Source: Monocercomonoides exilis PA203 (taxonomy: Eukaryota; Protista; Preaxostyla). Taken from it: 64,000 bases of DNA. Position numbers and translations under genes: made by a program. Where the stretch lies: assembly GCA_001643675.2 (NCBI GenBank), contig LSRY02000009.1, positions 1,736,001 through 1,800,000 on the forward strand. The letters are read 5' to 3'. Below the pieces are notes generated by a model. It did not search any database and had not been told where the DNA came from. It saw nothing but the letters and a program-made list of their open reading frames with translations. Below are positions 12,358 through 24,266 of this stretch, piece after piece. Position 1 is the stretch's first letter; every line of letters starts with the position of its first letter.

Positions 12358-13720
12358 TCAAAAATTAATAAGACAAAAATTTATAGCAGAATTGCCGCTT
12401 TCCGATGCACATAAATTCTGCTCCTCCTTTGTTCTTGTGCTCCGCATGTCAAATATCTCTCCTGCTTCCACTGCCATTGTTGCAACCACCCCATCTCCAC
12501 TCGTCACCTTCACATTCGCCAGCACGCTATCTCCAGATGCTGTGGCTTTCAGATACAGTGCAGATGACGACGATGACAACGATGACGACAATGAAGAAGA
12601 AGAAGGAGAAGATATATTCGGCTCAGAGAACAATGATTTTGAAACACTCATATTTATGATCTCCACACCAACCATTGACAGCTGTGACAGCACCACCACA
12701 AACACTGACGAAGACATCACATAGTTTCCAGTTTTACTCCTGGTGATCGCAACATCTTCCAATGAGAGTGACCCACTCCCATCAGACACCACAACCACAC
12801 TCGGTGAAGAAGGTTTTGCATTTGAGTTGCAGTCAACCTTCAAATGGCTCATTCCCAGATGACCTGTTGACACACTGAACAGCTATCTTGTTGATGAAAG
12901 TGCTCCTGTTCCAATTGAACATGTTTCCCTTCCCTTCCCAATGACTGAAATCTTCTTTGTCTCAATATTAATAGTTGTTGTCTCGCTCGTGTGATTCCCT
13001 TCCATCAGCGTGACTGACAGGCTCACCTGAATCACGCTCTTTTCAACTGCAACACCAATGGTTCTGCATGCACTTGACTCATCCAATCCACACAACTCTT
13101 CTTCACCGCCACCACTCACAGCCACAAATCGGTTGAGAATCCCTCTCTTCAGCCAATCCTTCTTTTCTGTGTGCTGATATGTCCATCCCTTAGATTCCGT
13201 ATATTCATATCCGTAGCATACTCTCTGATCATCTGTATTTGTTGTATAACATTCATAGAACGGATTATTTTGGGATAAATATACACTGTTGTAATCATAA
13301 TATACCATATCATGCCCATATGGAGTGGCTGCAGAGCATTTGCATTCATGAAAGAACAAATAATAACAATAAATTACATCATTTTGCGATGTCTGTCTAT
13401 ACGGATAAAGATACAATCCACCTCCATGTGCAGATGCTGAACATGAAATGAACTGAATGCCCCTCATTTTGAATTGTGTGATTGGAATATTTGCACAATA
13501 CATGCCTCCACCATTATAATTTGTAACCGAGCACGAAATGAAACTGCAGTCAAACACACGCGCACCCTCCCCTTCTCCACTTTCTTTTCCAAAACATCCT
13601 GGCTTCAGCATCAGCAAATAAAAAATGAAAATGAAAAATAGTTATAAAATACAAATGAAAAAAGCAAAAATGAAAACGTCTTTGGATCAACAAACAATAG
13701 CTTTCATATTTGCATTCATA
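12358..13720 (-). pseudogene. Internal fragment of the Cys-rich beta-helix surface/receptor protein family
   Basis: GGGMY and GGGLY motifs, YYLFFHEC, RFVAVSG..EELCGLDESSACRTI (same module as the 42 kb gene). One in-frame TAG at 12883-12885, a likely intron at ~13604-13677, truncated at both ends. Confidence 0.75.
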
Positions 13721-14269
13721 TCATCACGTTTAAGTCAAAATTTAAACAGAAATTGAGGATACGCATGAATCCATTCTTTCAATTATTTAAAAACCAATCA
13801 CATGAGACTTTATGTGAAAATAAATTTGTTATTCACTTCATTAACATCCGTTGCAATCAAAAATCTCTTTAAGCTTCATGAATTGACAAAAATTGAGCTG
13901 TTGATTTCATGTGATCATTTGGTTATTTTAATGGGTTATTAAAAATCAAAAAATTCGAATTTTCTCTTAAAAATTCAAAGTTTTGTTAATGATTCTGCTG
14001 TGAATCACAACCAACAATCATTATTTCATTGTTTCAATTTTTAAATATGCACAAATAAATGTATTTGAAAAGAAATTAATTTCAAAATTTTTCTTTCAAT
14101 TTCACAGATTAAAAGCATTGCTTTTGTTAATATGGTGTTTATTCGTTATTGAAATAATAAGATTTGGATGTTTAAAAATTTTCGTTCAATTAAAGAATTT
14201 CTTCGAAAAAAATAATTGTGGTTCTGAAAACTCAAAATAAGTCAGTCTTACTGAAAATAACTTGGTTAT

Positions 14270-14449
14270 TTTGAAATTAGTGGATTAATTCAAAATAACC
14301 CATATAAAACTTGAAATAAAATTTTATTTCAAAATATTTTTTTATTTCAAAATTCATCTAATCTGAATAAGTTAAATAATGTTATGAACGAAGCAATTTT
14401 TTTATGCTTAGTGCAAAAAAAAGCTTGAAAGTCCGTATTTTCCCCCATG
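14270..14449 (-). repeat. Transposon-end-like dispersed repeat
   Basis: Reverse complement gggggaaaatacggactttcaagc...agcataaaaaaattgcttcgttcataac...tcagat closely matches 49887-49980. Confidence 0.65.
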
Positions 14450-15224
14450 TCAAAAGTCAGTACATCACACAGGTTTGGTTCCATCCACAGTATCATTTGG
14501 AATGAAAAACAATAAAGCAAAACAGAATGGATATTTTCGAATTCAAAAATTTGTTCATCTCAATGTTTTCTTTAAATTTGCTCAATCTTCAATTTTTTCA
14601 AAATATATTTCAGTGAATGTCAGAATTATTGTTATATAAAAGCAGATAATATTCAAAACAAATAGTTGTTTTTATTTTTATTTTAATTTTAAAATAATTA
14701 ATTTTTAATTTTTTATTTTTTATTTTTTATATATTTTTGTTTTTATTTTTTCATAAATGAATATATTTTTCTCCTTATTGTTTTCGATTTTCACAAAAAA
14801 TAATTCTATTTCGAAAAATATGTGTCATTTTCTTTTTGAAAACATATATTTTTTCGGGGAATTGATTTTTTAAAGATTGTTTGTCAATGGGAAGTGTTTT
14901 TGTTTTCAGATGAAAAAATAATCACAACTGTTTCAAAAACAAATGCTATTTTCGAATCAAAGATTAAAATGTCTTTAATATCCCTTTTCACTTTTCAACG
15001 TTCATTGGTTAATATCAAAGAGAAATTTTTGAACCGAAATTATTGAATGAAAAAATATGCTTTCAAAAATAATCACCCATATTAATTCAAATTCGTAATT
15101 CATTAATTCGATTTCGAAACGACTTTTTTTTTAATTTGTGGAATTATAAACTTACGTTTTTCTTTCAAAATACTCTTGATTTTCATCTCGTGAGAACTCT
15201 TTGTTCTTAAATATTTAAAAAATA

Positions 15225-15602
15225 CAGATAATGCACAAAAAACCGGACAAGGTAGAAATCACAATAACCGCAAGAGGAATAATTCTGACAATTTTCCTCA
15301 ATATATGTCTCATCAATACAAACTCAATTGATAAACAAAAACTTTCAAAATAGCTTTGCTTGAGCTCAGAAAAAATAAATATCGAAGTCTCGGAGAAACT
15401 CAAAGTCCTATTTCTCCGAGAATCAAACAATAATTTTTCCTGAGAACAAACGAGGAAGTTTTGAAAGTTTTGCATATCAATTGAGTTTGTATTGATGAGA
15501 TATATTTTGAGGAAAATTGTCAGAATTATTCCTCTTGCGGTTATTGTGATTTCGACCTTGTCCGGTTTTTTGTGCGATGTCCGGTATTTTATGCGATATC
15601 TG
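15225..15602. mobile_element. Hairpin MITE (Tc1/mariner-pogo-like), copy 1
   Basis: TA|CAGATA...TATCTG|TA, with near-complete palindromic arms of about 170-190 bp. The left arm lacks one ~20 bp subterminal repeat. Confidence 0.9.
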
Positions 15603-16049
15603 TAATGCATTTCCTTAAATAAAATTTTCGTTCATTTTGATTGAAAATATAATAATTTGAAGTTAATTTGAAAAGAAAATGAATTCATTTTCATTTTTAT
15701 AAAAACGAAGTTTTTTCAAAAATTTCACATAAGAAACAAAAAAAAAAAAAAAAAAAAAAAAATCATTGGCAAAAAATACTTGCATTTTGAAATCCAATAA
15801 ATGTGATTGAAAAATCACTATTTCCTTCAGATTATAAAAAAATAATGAATTATTTGCAATTTTTTTATCATCAGAGTGATGATTTTTGAAAATAAATTTT
15901 TTTTCAATAAATTGATTTATTGATTGTTTCAATTAAAAAAAACAGTTATTTTCAAGTTTTAATATATAACTTGTTTAAAATTAACTTGACATTTCCCCAA
16001 ATCCATCCAAAAAAATTATGATTTTCAGTTTAAAATTGATTACGAAAAA

Positions 16050-16193
16050 GAATTATTAATTTTCGAAATTGAATTAATAAATTTCGATTTTGAATTATTA
16101 TTTCCGAATTTGAATTATTTTTTCCGAAATTGAAATATTAATTACGAAATCGAATTATTTTTTTTCGAATATGAATTTATTTTTTTCGATAAT
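16050..16193. repeat. Minisatellite, about 7 units of 20-21 bp (gaattatt(a/t)(a/t)ttt(t/c)cgaa(a/t)tt)
   Basis: Units start at 16050, 16071, 16092, 16112, 16132, 16152 and 16173. Confidence 0.8.
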
Positions 16194-17138
16194 AAATTTT
16201 TTTTGGTGTTTGATTTCAAATAATATTTTGATCGAAACAATGAGGGATATTTGAGATTTGAGTTCAATTGAAAAAGTACGGCTTTGAGAAAAAATGTGAC
16301 AAAGATAAATATAGAATGAACTTTGATTGATTTAATATCGTTTTTTTGTTTATTGAAGAATTTTCATAATTATTTCAATGTATTTAATTTTGTTTCATTT
16401 TTTATTTTTCACATTTATAATTGGCAGAATGTGATGGAATATATCTTGTTAAATGGACCGATGCTTGTTTCAGCTCGAAAAGATTGAAAAAGAGTTAAGT
16501 TTTCACTTTGTGTCTAAATTTTTTTTTTGAAAGAGGAAAGCGTAGTTCAGAAACGCAAACCAATAAAAATTAAAGGAGCTGAAAGAAAGGCTGCAGATGT
16601 GAAACTTGTATTTGTTTTGCGAATGTAATTCTTGCAAGAAGATGTTTGTTTTTCGTTGTATTCTGTTGAAAGCCTCAATAATTTTTGAAATATATTCATT
16701 TTTTCTAAATTTTATCGAATTGTTTCTGTTTAATATTTTATGCAAATGAATAAGAATGACAAACAGATGTTTTTTATCGGAATTCTTCAGTGAGAATGCG
16801 AATAATTTGCTTTGAAAGGAAATTTTTGACGTTCTTAAAGAGAAAAAATCATAACAATAAGGTTTGTTCTTGTTTTGTCAATTTATAAAAGATTAAGAAA
16901 AATAATGAAAATAAATAAGTGGATTTGAAAATGAGTAATGAATAAAGAAAGAAATGAGAGAGCACACCTCGTTGGAGCAGAAAATGAGTTTATTTCAAAT
17001 GAAATGAAAGTGTTTCTGCTCTTCCATTTTGTGTGCAATAAAGACGTGTCAGATTTACATCATTTGAGCAACATTCAAATGTTGCAGTGAATTTGTGGTG
17101 AATAAGGTGATACAATACAAAAATACTTTTCATTTTTC

Positions 17139-17214
17139 TTTTATTTTTATTTTTATTTTTATTTTTATTTTTATTTTTATTTTTATTTTTATTTTTATTT
17201 TTATTTTTATTTTT
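17139..17214. repeat. (TTTTTA)n microsatellite
   Basis: Directly visible hexamer run. Confidence 0.9.
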
Positions 17215-17465
17215 TGTTTTTTATATTATATATATTGCATGCTTATTAATTTATGTCATTATTTCTTCTCTTTTCTTTTCATTTTTCTTTTCTTTTCTTT
17301 CTTTTTTAATGTTAATCAAATTATTATAGGTGATTGATGGCTTCTACTTAATTGTAATGAAAACATGAAAATCGATACAGCCTCATTCATATTTTTGAGA
17401 ATCGTAAGAAATAAAAATAAAGAAAATTTCAAATGAAAAAAATAAAAGCAAAAAATGTTTTTTTC

Positions 17466-17505
<40 letters not shown>

Positions 17506-18300
17506 AAAAAAAATGCATTTTCGGTTGTGTTTATGCTTTCCTATGTGTAAATGCTTTATCAAATGCAAAGAGTTTTGTGACTCAACTCGGCCAGCTATTT
17601 CTTTTTAATGAATGAATAGCATAACATGGCATTTTGATGTCACTAGATACTTTTTTTTAAAACATGGATTAGAATTAGATTATTTTTTTTAACTTTTTGT
17701 TGTTTAAAATGATTTCTTTCATTCATTCTTTTCTTTTTTCTTTCTTTTCTTTTTGTTTTAAAGATAATTTTTTATTTTTTTGATGTGATGGATTTTTGTG
17801 GAATGAACAAATTTGCAAATATTTAATAATTATTATTGTCATCACAATTATGCAAATTAAGAAGCTTTCAACACGTTTTCACCCCTTGATGATAGGCTGA
17901 ATTTAAGTTTGTAATTTGCTTTAATTGATGAATCGATTGTAAACCCGAACATTTTGCGTAAATTGTTTGGATTTTTTGAATGAGCATTTGCATATAACAA
18001 AATCAATTTTTTCAGTCGAAATGAATAAATCACTTTTTGGTGAATAATTCATTTCATGAACAGAAATTTGATTTATGAACACATTTCCAACTAATTTTAA
18101 GGATATTTCTGATAGAAAAAAATTGAAATTTCTTCGACCATCTGTAGATTCTTTTCTTTCATTTTTTCGATCAACACTTTTCAGTTTAGAATGTAAGTTA
18201 TTGTCATTTGAATCGGATTTTGTAAAAGACCCAACATTATATTTTATTTTGGGATAAATTATATATTATTAATTTTCATTTTTTGCTAAAAAAAGCACGA

Positions 18301-19154
18301 ATGGAAGACTCAACCATCTCATCTCAAAAACCCCTTACAAGAGAAGAAGCATTAGAACAAATTGATGAAACAGGCGCAACCACTGTCATTAAAGTTGCTT
18401 CTTCTGTTGAACAATACGGAACACAGCTCTCAAAGACAATGTATGATGCGAGTGATAATTTCTCTGGTACATTGAGAAGGTTTGTAAGATTTATGTTTAT
18501 ATGATTGAATGATTTTATTTAACGTTTGCCAGGAAAGCACAAATGATCAGAAATGCTGATTCTTCTCCTCAACCTCAGCAAAGTCCCATTGATGTGGACA
18601 ATAAAATTGCAACTGGAGCAGTTGTTGCTTCGTTCAGCATCCAGGCTATTGCAACTGTTGTGCGATTTCTTGCTTTGATGTTCAATAAATGCTGCACCAC
18701 CTCTGCAAGTTATTTGTCAATTGTATTGTATAATTCTGCTGGCCAAGTTTGGAGAGCTCCAATGATGGTTGCAACAAAACGCATTATTTCTGCTGTTTTC
18801 CTCTTTTTGATATATTTGATTAATGCAATTTTCGATATTGTTGGAGATATTGTTTCTGCATTTTCCGAGATTATTGTTGCCAAATTTGAGGCTTCGATGG
18901 GGCTATTTGTTGGAAACGTTGTTCGGCATGGAATACGAATAGTCATTTTTCTTTTTCAGATTATCGTTGCAAGCCAACTCTTTGGCTTGAAGGGAGTTCT
19001 GCTTATTTATTTTCTATTGTTTTTGATGGGAGTGGTCGCATTGTTGGATGATCCTTCGTCTCCACGCCCACCAAATGAAATAAAATCTCCTCTATTTTCG
19101 TCTTCCTTGTTTGCTTTCTTTACTGCTGTGCCTATGCGAGATCTTGAGAAATAA
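18301..19154 (+). CDS. Hypothetical multi-pass membrane protein (~266 aa), 2 exons
   Basis: ATG at 18301. A GT-AG intron at 18480-18532 joins ...GTLRR to KAQMIRNAD in frame. Three to four hydrophobic segments; ends at TAA. Confidence 0.7.
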
Positions 19155-19852
19155 ATGCATTTTAATAAATAATTTTAATTTTTGTTTTGTGTATTTTTTG
19201 AATTGTTTAAATTGTAATCGAATTGTCATTTTTTTTTCCCTTGAATTCAATTCGGGTTATTTTCTTTTGGTTGTCGTTTGGCACGATTATTAATTCGTTA
19301 AATTTTGTGAATTCACAAAATTTTTGTTTGCTAATTGAAGGAATATATCATCCAAGTGAATTTTGCTGGAAATATATTCTGATTTTGTTGTTATGTTGGC
19401 AATCTACATAGACAATTCAAAATTACAAAAATATGCAAGTTTTTGAAAAAGATTAATATTTTTCTTTTTCTTTTTCTTTTTTATTTTTTTGATTTACTTG
19501 AAAATGAACAAATCAAACATTCAAACAGAAAAAAGAATCAACTGACGAAAGACAAAAAGAATGGAAGGGCAAAAAGAAATGCACATCATTTTAATCTTCA
19601 GTGTTCCAGCCATTCATTTGAAAAATATGCTCAATCTAAAAAATAAAGAAAATCTCAATGAAATTTCTTTGAGTCATTTTCTTTCGAAAGTGTGAATTAA
19701 AAAGGAGAATTGTTTCCAATATATATTCCGATGAGCATCTGCATTTATCGTCTTGAAAAATGTTATTCTTTTTTTTTTTGAAGAATTCATTTTTCAAACT
19801 ATCTTTCTGAACTCATTTTGATGAAGTGTGCTTTTAGTGTTGATTTTTATTC

Positions 19853-19883
<31 letters not shown>

Positions 19884-20118
19884 AAGAACGATAATTTTGG
19901 AGTTACACAAATAGAAAATTTGAAAAAAAGACAAAAAGACAAAAAATAAAAAATAAAAAATAAAAAAAAAAAAAAAAAAAAAATTAAAAAAAATTGAAAT
20001 TAAAATTAAAATTAAAATTTAAATAAAAAGACAAAAAGACAAAAACAAGCAAGTAGATGAATGGATAAATGGATGAATGGAAAGAATTGATTTTTGCAAC
20101 AAAACAAGTGACATTTTC

Positions 20119-21647
20119 TCAAACATTCATAATAAAATCTGAAATATTCTTGGTTTGTCCAAAATAATGGTTTCTGTAGTGATAATAAACCATTTTATAA
20201 AAGCTGATGATGGTATCTTCGTATCCTTCTTCCTCCAACTTTTCAAACACTTTCCGTTTCAGCTCCTTTCCTTTCTTTTTTTCATATGAATAAACCATTT
20301 TTGTCAATCGCTCAAAAACATGCGAAAAAAAATTCAAGCTGCTCCACATTAGCGTTTCATCCATTGTTGGCTGCTGAATCTCCTCCAAAACTGCACCAAC
20401 CACACACACCTTCGTAAAAGCATCAATTTCGAGTTCTTCATTTTCTGATGTATTTTCCAACAAACAAATATATTTTTTGCAAATGTCTTTGTGATTTTCT
20501 CTTGATGCTCGAATTATTTTTGAAATGCTGCCAAAAAGCCAAACACATTCTTTGCAGCTCGGTCGGCAATATAAAATATAAGTTTCAATTGACGTTGTCC
20601 ATCTCCAGATAATATTCACTTCTTTTCCTCTTTCTTCTTCTTTTTTCTTCTTCCAATCCACTTTTTTTGCCAGCTCTTCTAGTTCTCTTGCCGCCTCTCT
20701 CGCAAAATTCTGCTCATTCACAACTATATCATCTAAACTTTCTTCACTTTCATAACTCTCATAACTTTCATAACTTTCATAATCCATTTCATCCATAGCA
20801 TTATCTTTTGAGCATATTTCACAGAAATATCTATTTATTAAAAACCCCCAAGCATCTTGATACGCCAGGCGTGTTAGGTTGTGATGTTCCTGATGATATT
20901 TGACAATCTCTTTGATTTCATTAAAATACAGTTCTTTTTCAATATGCTAATCAAAATACATTAGAAAAAATTACAACAACATCAAAAAGGAAATAACAAT
21001 GCTCATACACGTTCTCCAATACTGTCCAAAGAAAGTAAAGCCATTTCCACTTCTTTCTGGGTTTCCTCGTTTTCCTCTTTGTTCAACGCAACTTTCAGAA
21101 GGCAAGGAACAATAATTGAAACCGATTCAGAAGAAAGTTCATTGTTGAGTAAAGCATTGCACTCGCATATATCAACAAAAAGTTTTTCATTCTTTTTTTC
21201 TTTTTTCTCATTTTCATCAATGATCATTTTTTCATATGTTTTGCTCAACGAAGAAAAATTATATTCCTCTGTCCATAAAAGATTCACCATTTTGAAATAT
21301 CCAATATTCTTCAGCAATAAGCATGCATTTTTCATCGTCAGTTTCTCTTCTTTAATCATTTTGAGTATTTTATCAAACAGTTCTTTTGTGAAAACTGATT
21401 CAAATTCTTTTCCATTCATTTCGTCATTTATTTCATTTATTTCACGAATTTTCTGTTTTTGTTCAATTTCAGTGCAATCTTCCAGTCCATTGAACAATTC
21501 TTTAAAATTGTAAAGAAAGAAAGAAAGAAATTACCAAAAATTTAAATACAACAATAAATTCAGACCTGTGAACTTTTTTGTGTTTTCTGTATCCTGCTTT
21601 TTTGTGATCACATTGCATTCAAAAAGCAATGGTATTTTAACATTCAT
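20119..21647 (-). CDS. 'KMEEEGYED' helical-repeat family protein, copy G1 (3 exons)
   Basis: Introns 21500-21565 and 20947-21008 give an open frame. Family motifs VPCLLKVA, EVEMALL, HQEHHNLTRLAYQ, EEEGYED; carries a (YES)3 insertion. Confidence 0.85.
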
Positions 21648-21799
21648 ATAAAATTTGCATTTGTTTGGACAGAAGTAATAGATGATATATAAAACACTCA
21701 AAATAGCAATCAAACTATGTGCGGCGGCACCACTCTTCTTCTTCTTCTCATTTGCATTTTTAGAAAGTTACAAAAGCAAGAGTGAGTTTGAAATATTAA

Positions 21800-22330
21800 C
21801 TTTTGTTATAATGGATTCAATGATCAAAATGGCTTCTTTGAACTGAAGAATAAATATGCAAAATAGGTGGTCGATGAGTGAACATTTGCTACAGATTTAA
21901 TAATGTTAATTTCGACGTCCACATGTATCGCTGGAAAACAATGCCACTGATGAAATTTTGATAAATAATCTATGAAATTGGATAGTCAAGGGGAATACAC
22001 CAATTTCATCAACAACACAAAAAGACATAATGTATGTAATTTTTACAGTTCTATATGTTGTAAAGATATTTCCATCTGTATCCTTTCCAAAGTGCAGGAA
22101 TGTGAGTTATTGTTGAAAAGGCCAATCTCCACTTTATGGAGCAATACGATGAGAATGGAGCTGATTATTATATAGCAATTAGGATGTAAATGAAGTTACG
22201 TAAAATACATGATATTTGGTGCAAGAGGTGAAGACAAATTCAACTGTAATTTTATTGAATGAAGATTTATAGATGGTATTCTGCGAAGGACAAAATCTGC
22301 ACAAAATTATATAGCATTTGGGAGCATAAG
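21800..22330. repeat. Conserved upstream cassette of G1 (decayed ORF or regulatory block)
   Basis: Long near-identical match to 25910-26440; related to ~36610-36760 and ~60150-60485 in opposite orientation, as expected from gene strand. Confidence 0.75.
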
Positions 22331-22546
22331 GCAGTGAGAGCAGTTTGGATATTTCTGGAAAGGAAAGTGAATTGCAAAATGGAAAGCAGGATAAAAACAA
22401 CGAAAAAGGAAAGAAAGCAATGCAAAGAAATAAAACAAGATAGAAGCGGAATTAACAGGAGCGAGACAACTATTTCTGCTTTTGGAATATAAGCCTGCCT
22501 TTTGGAAAATTTTTATAAACTGAGAATAGTTACTCCTTATCATTTC

Positions 22547-22790
22547 ATTGAAATAGATGAAATGAATGTCATCAGCTTCTGTTTCAGCCCATGCTTTTGA
22601 AAGGATAACAAAATTTGAGAGGATTGCTTTTATCAACTTGCATTTGATGCCTTTATTGGATTTGATAAACGAGCAGACAGAAGTTTTGGAACTTTGGCAT
22701 CACAGCCCAATTTTGATGATATGAAATGGCAATGCTCTTCTGTGCTTTCTACTTCATCATCATCTTATCATCATCATCTTTTTCTTCCTC
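22547..22790 (+). repeat. Paralogous segment, inverted copy at 63765-64000
   Basis: cattgaaatagatgaaat...catcagcttctgtttcagcccatgcttttgaaaggataacaaaatttgagagg...ggaactttggcatcacagcccaattttgatgatatg is shared; both copies adjoin TCT/GAA low-complexity tracts. Confidence 0.85.
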
Positions 22791-24266
22791 TTCTTCTCAA
22801 ACACGTAATCTTTTATCTCCAATATCTTCTTCTTCCTCTTCTTCCTCCTTATCGTCTTCTTCTTCTTCTTCTTCCTCCTCTTCTTCTTCTTCTTCTCTTT
22901 CGTCTTCTCTTCCCTCATCAACTTCTTCTTCTTCTTCTTTCACTTCTCGTTCAAATCGCCCCACCAATCATCCTCCTCCTTATTCTGCTTCTTCTTCACT
23001 ACAAACCCCCAAAACAACACGTGCTTCTTCTTCATTCTCTTCTTCCTCTTCTTCCTCTTCTTCTTTTTCCTCCTCCTCTTCTTTTTCCTTTTCCTCTTCT
23101 TTTTCCTTTTCCTCTTCTTTTTCCTCTTCCTCCTCTTCTTCATCAGCCTAATCCTTCTCTTTCATTCAACTCACCATTCATTCTCCATCTTTTCTCAACC
23201 AACAGATCTTCCCTTATTCCTTCTTCATTGGCTCTTCAATACTCTTCTCTTCCTCTTCCTCTTCCTCTTCTTTCCATTTCGTTTTCGCCACTCAACTCTT
23301 TTCGCCTTCTTCTGCCTCTATTCATCGTCTGTATCCAACAGACATTTACTCATTAAACACATCACATACATCTTCTTCTTCTTCTTCTTCTTCTTTACCT
23401 TCTCCTTCTCCTTCTTCTTTATTGTCCTTGAGAGAGGATGTCTCCTATCTTTCGCTTTTCTTCTGCAATAGCATCCAGCCCTTCCCAGTACAAACGCCAT
23501 CTCCCAATGAACATTCATTCATCTCTCACACAACTCAACAGCTCCAGAAACGCCCTCTGCTTCGATAGATACAAAATTCGAGCTGTGGCTGAGTCCAATG
23601 AATCTTTCTTTGCTGTGATAAGAAAAGAAAAATAGAAAAATTGGTCTAATAAAAAGAATCAAGTGGTAATGCTTCAAATTTTCCTCGAATTTTGTTGCTA
23701 TAGGAAAAGAGCATAAAATATTCGACTCCACTTGATTCACACTTTTGCCATTATTAACTTTTTGTTTTCCATTTTTTTTATGTTCAAATCGTTAATTGTA
23801 TTAATAACAATTTTTTTTTTATTAACAAAGAATATTCTCCATTTTGTCTGCAAAAATTCACATTTTGAGCAATTTGTGGTGTGTTTTTTGAAATGAAAAA
23901 AAGAAAAAATATTTCGTTTTAATAGTAACAATAGTAAAAGAGATGAATACAAAATATAACAAAAAGAGAATTGTTAATATTATTTTATTTTAATTTTTCC
24001 AAACAAATCCAATTTTTAATTTTTTCGACAATTCAAATGATTGAAAACAGTGTATTTTCATCAGTCAGCGTAGATTGATCATTTTTCAATCACACTTCAT
24101 TTGAACTTTCTTCTCCAATTCAAGACAAAAAAACATATTCGAGCTTTGGAAAAAGGATAGCCTTCGATTTCATAACGAAAAAAAAAAGAAAGAAAAGAAA
24201 AAAGAAAAAAAAGAAAAAAGAAAAAAGAAAAATTTAGAGAAACAAAATGAAAAGAGCACCATTTCC

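Larger units (their letters stand above)
14982..16246. mobile_element. Putative old non-autonomous TIR element (CCCT...AGGG ends, ATAT flanks) hosting the MITE
   Basis: atat|ccct at 14978-14985 and aggg|atat at 16243-16250. Inverted subterminal repeats at 15081-15119 vs 16050-16193, and inverted similarity at 15040-15080 vs 15875-15915. Confidence 0.35.

Noticed and set aside
15215-15610. 131 aa ORF
   Set aside because: It coincides with the palindromic MITE and has no protein motifs.
16050-16193. CRISPR-like array
   Set aside because: Units are contiguous and degenerate with no unique spacers; no cas genes; eukaryotic context.
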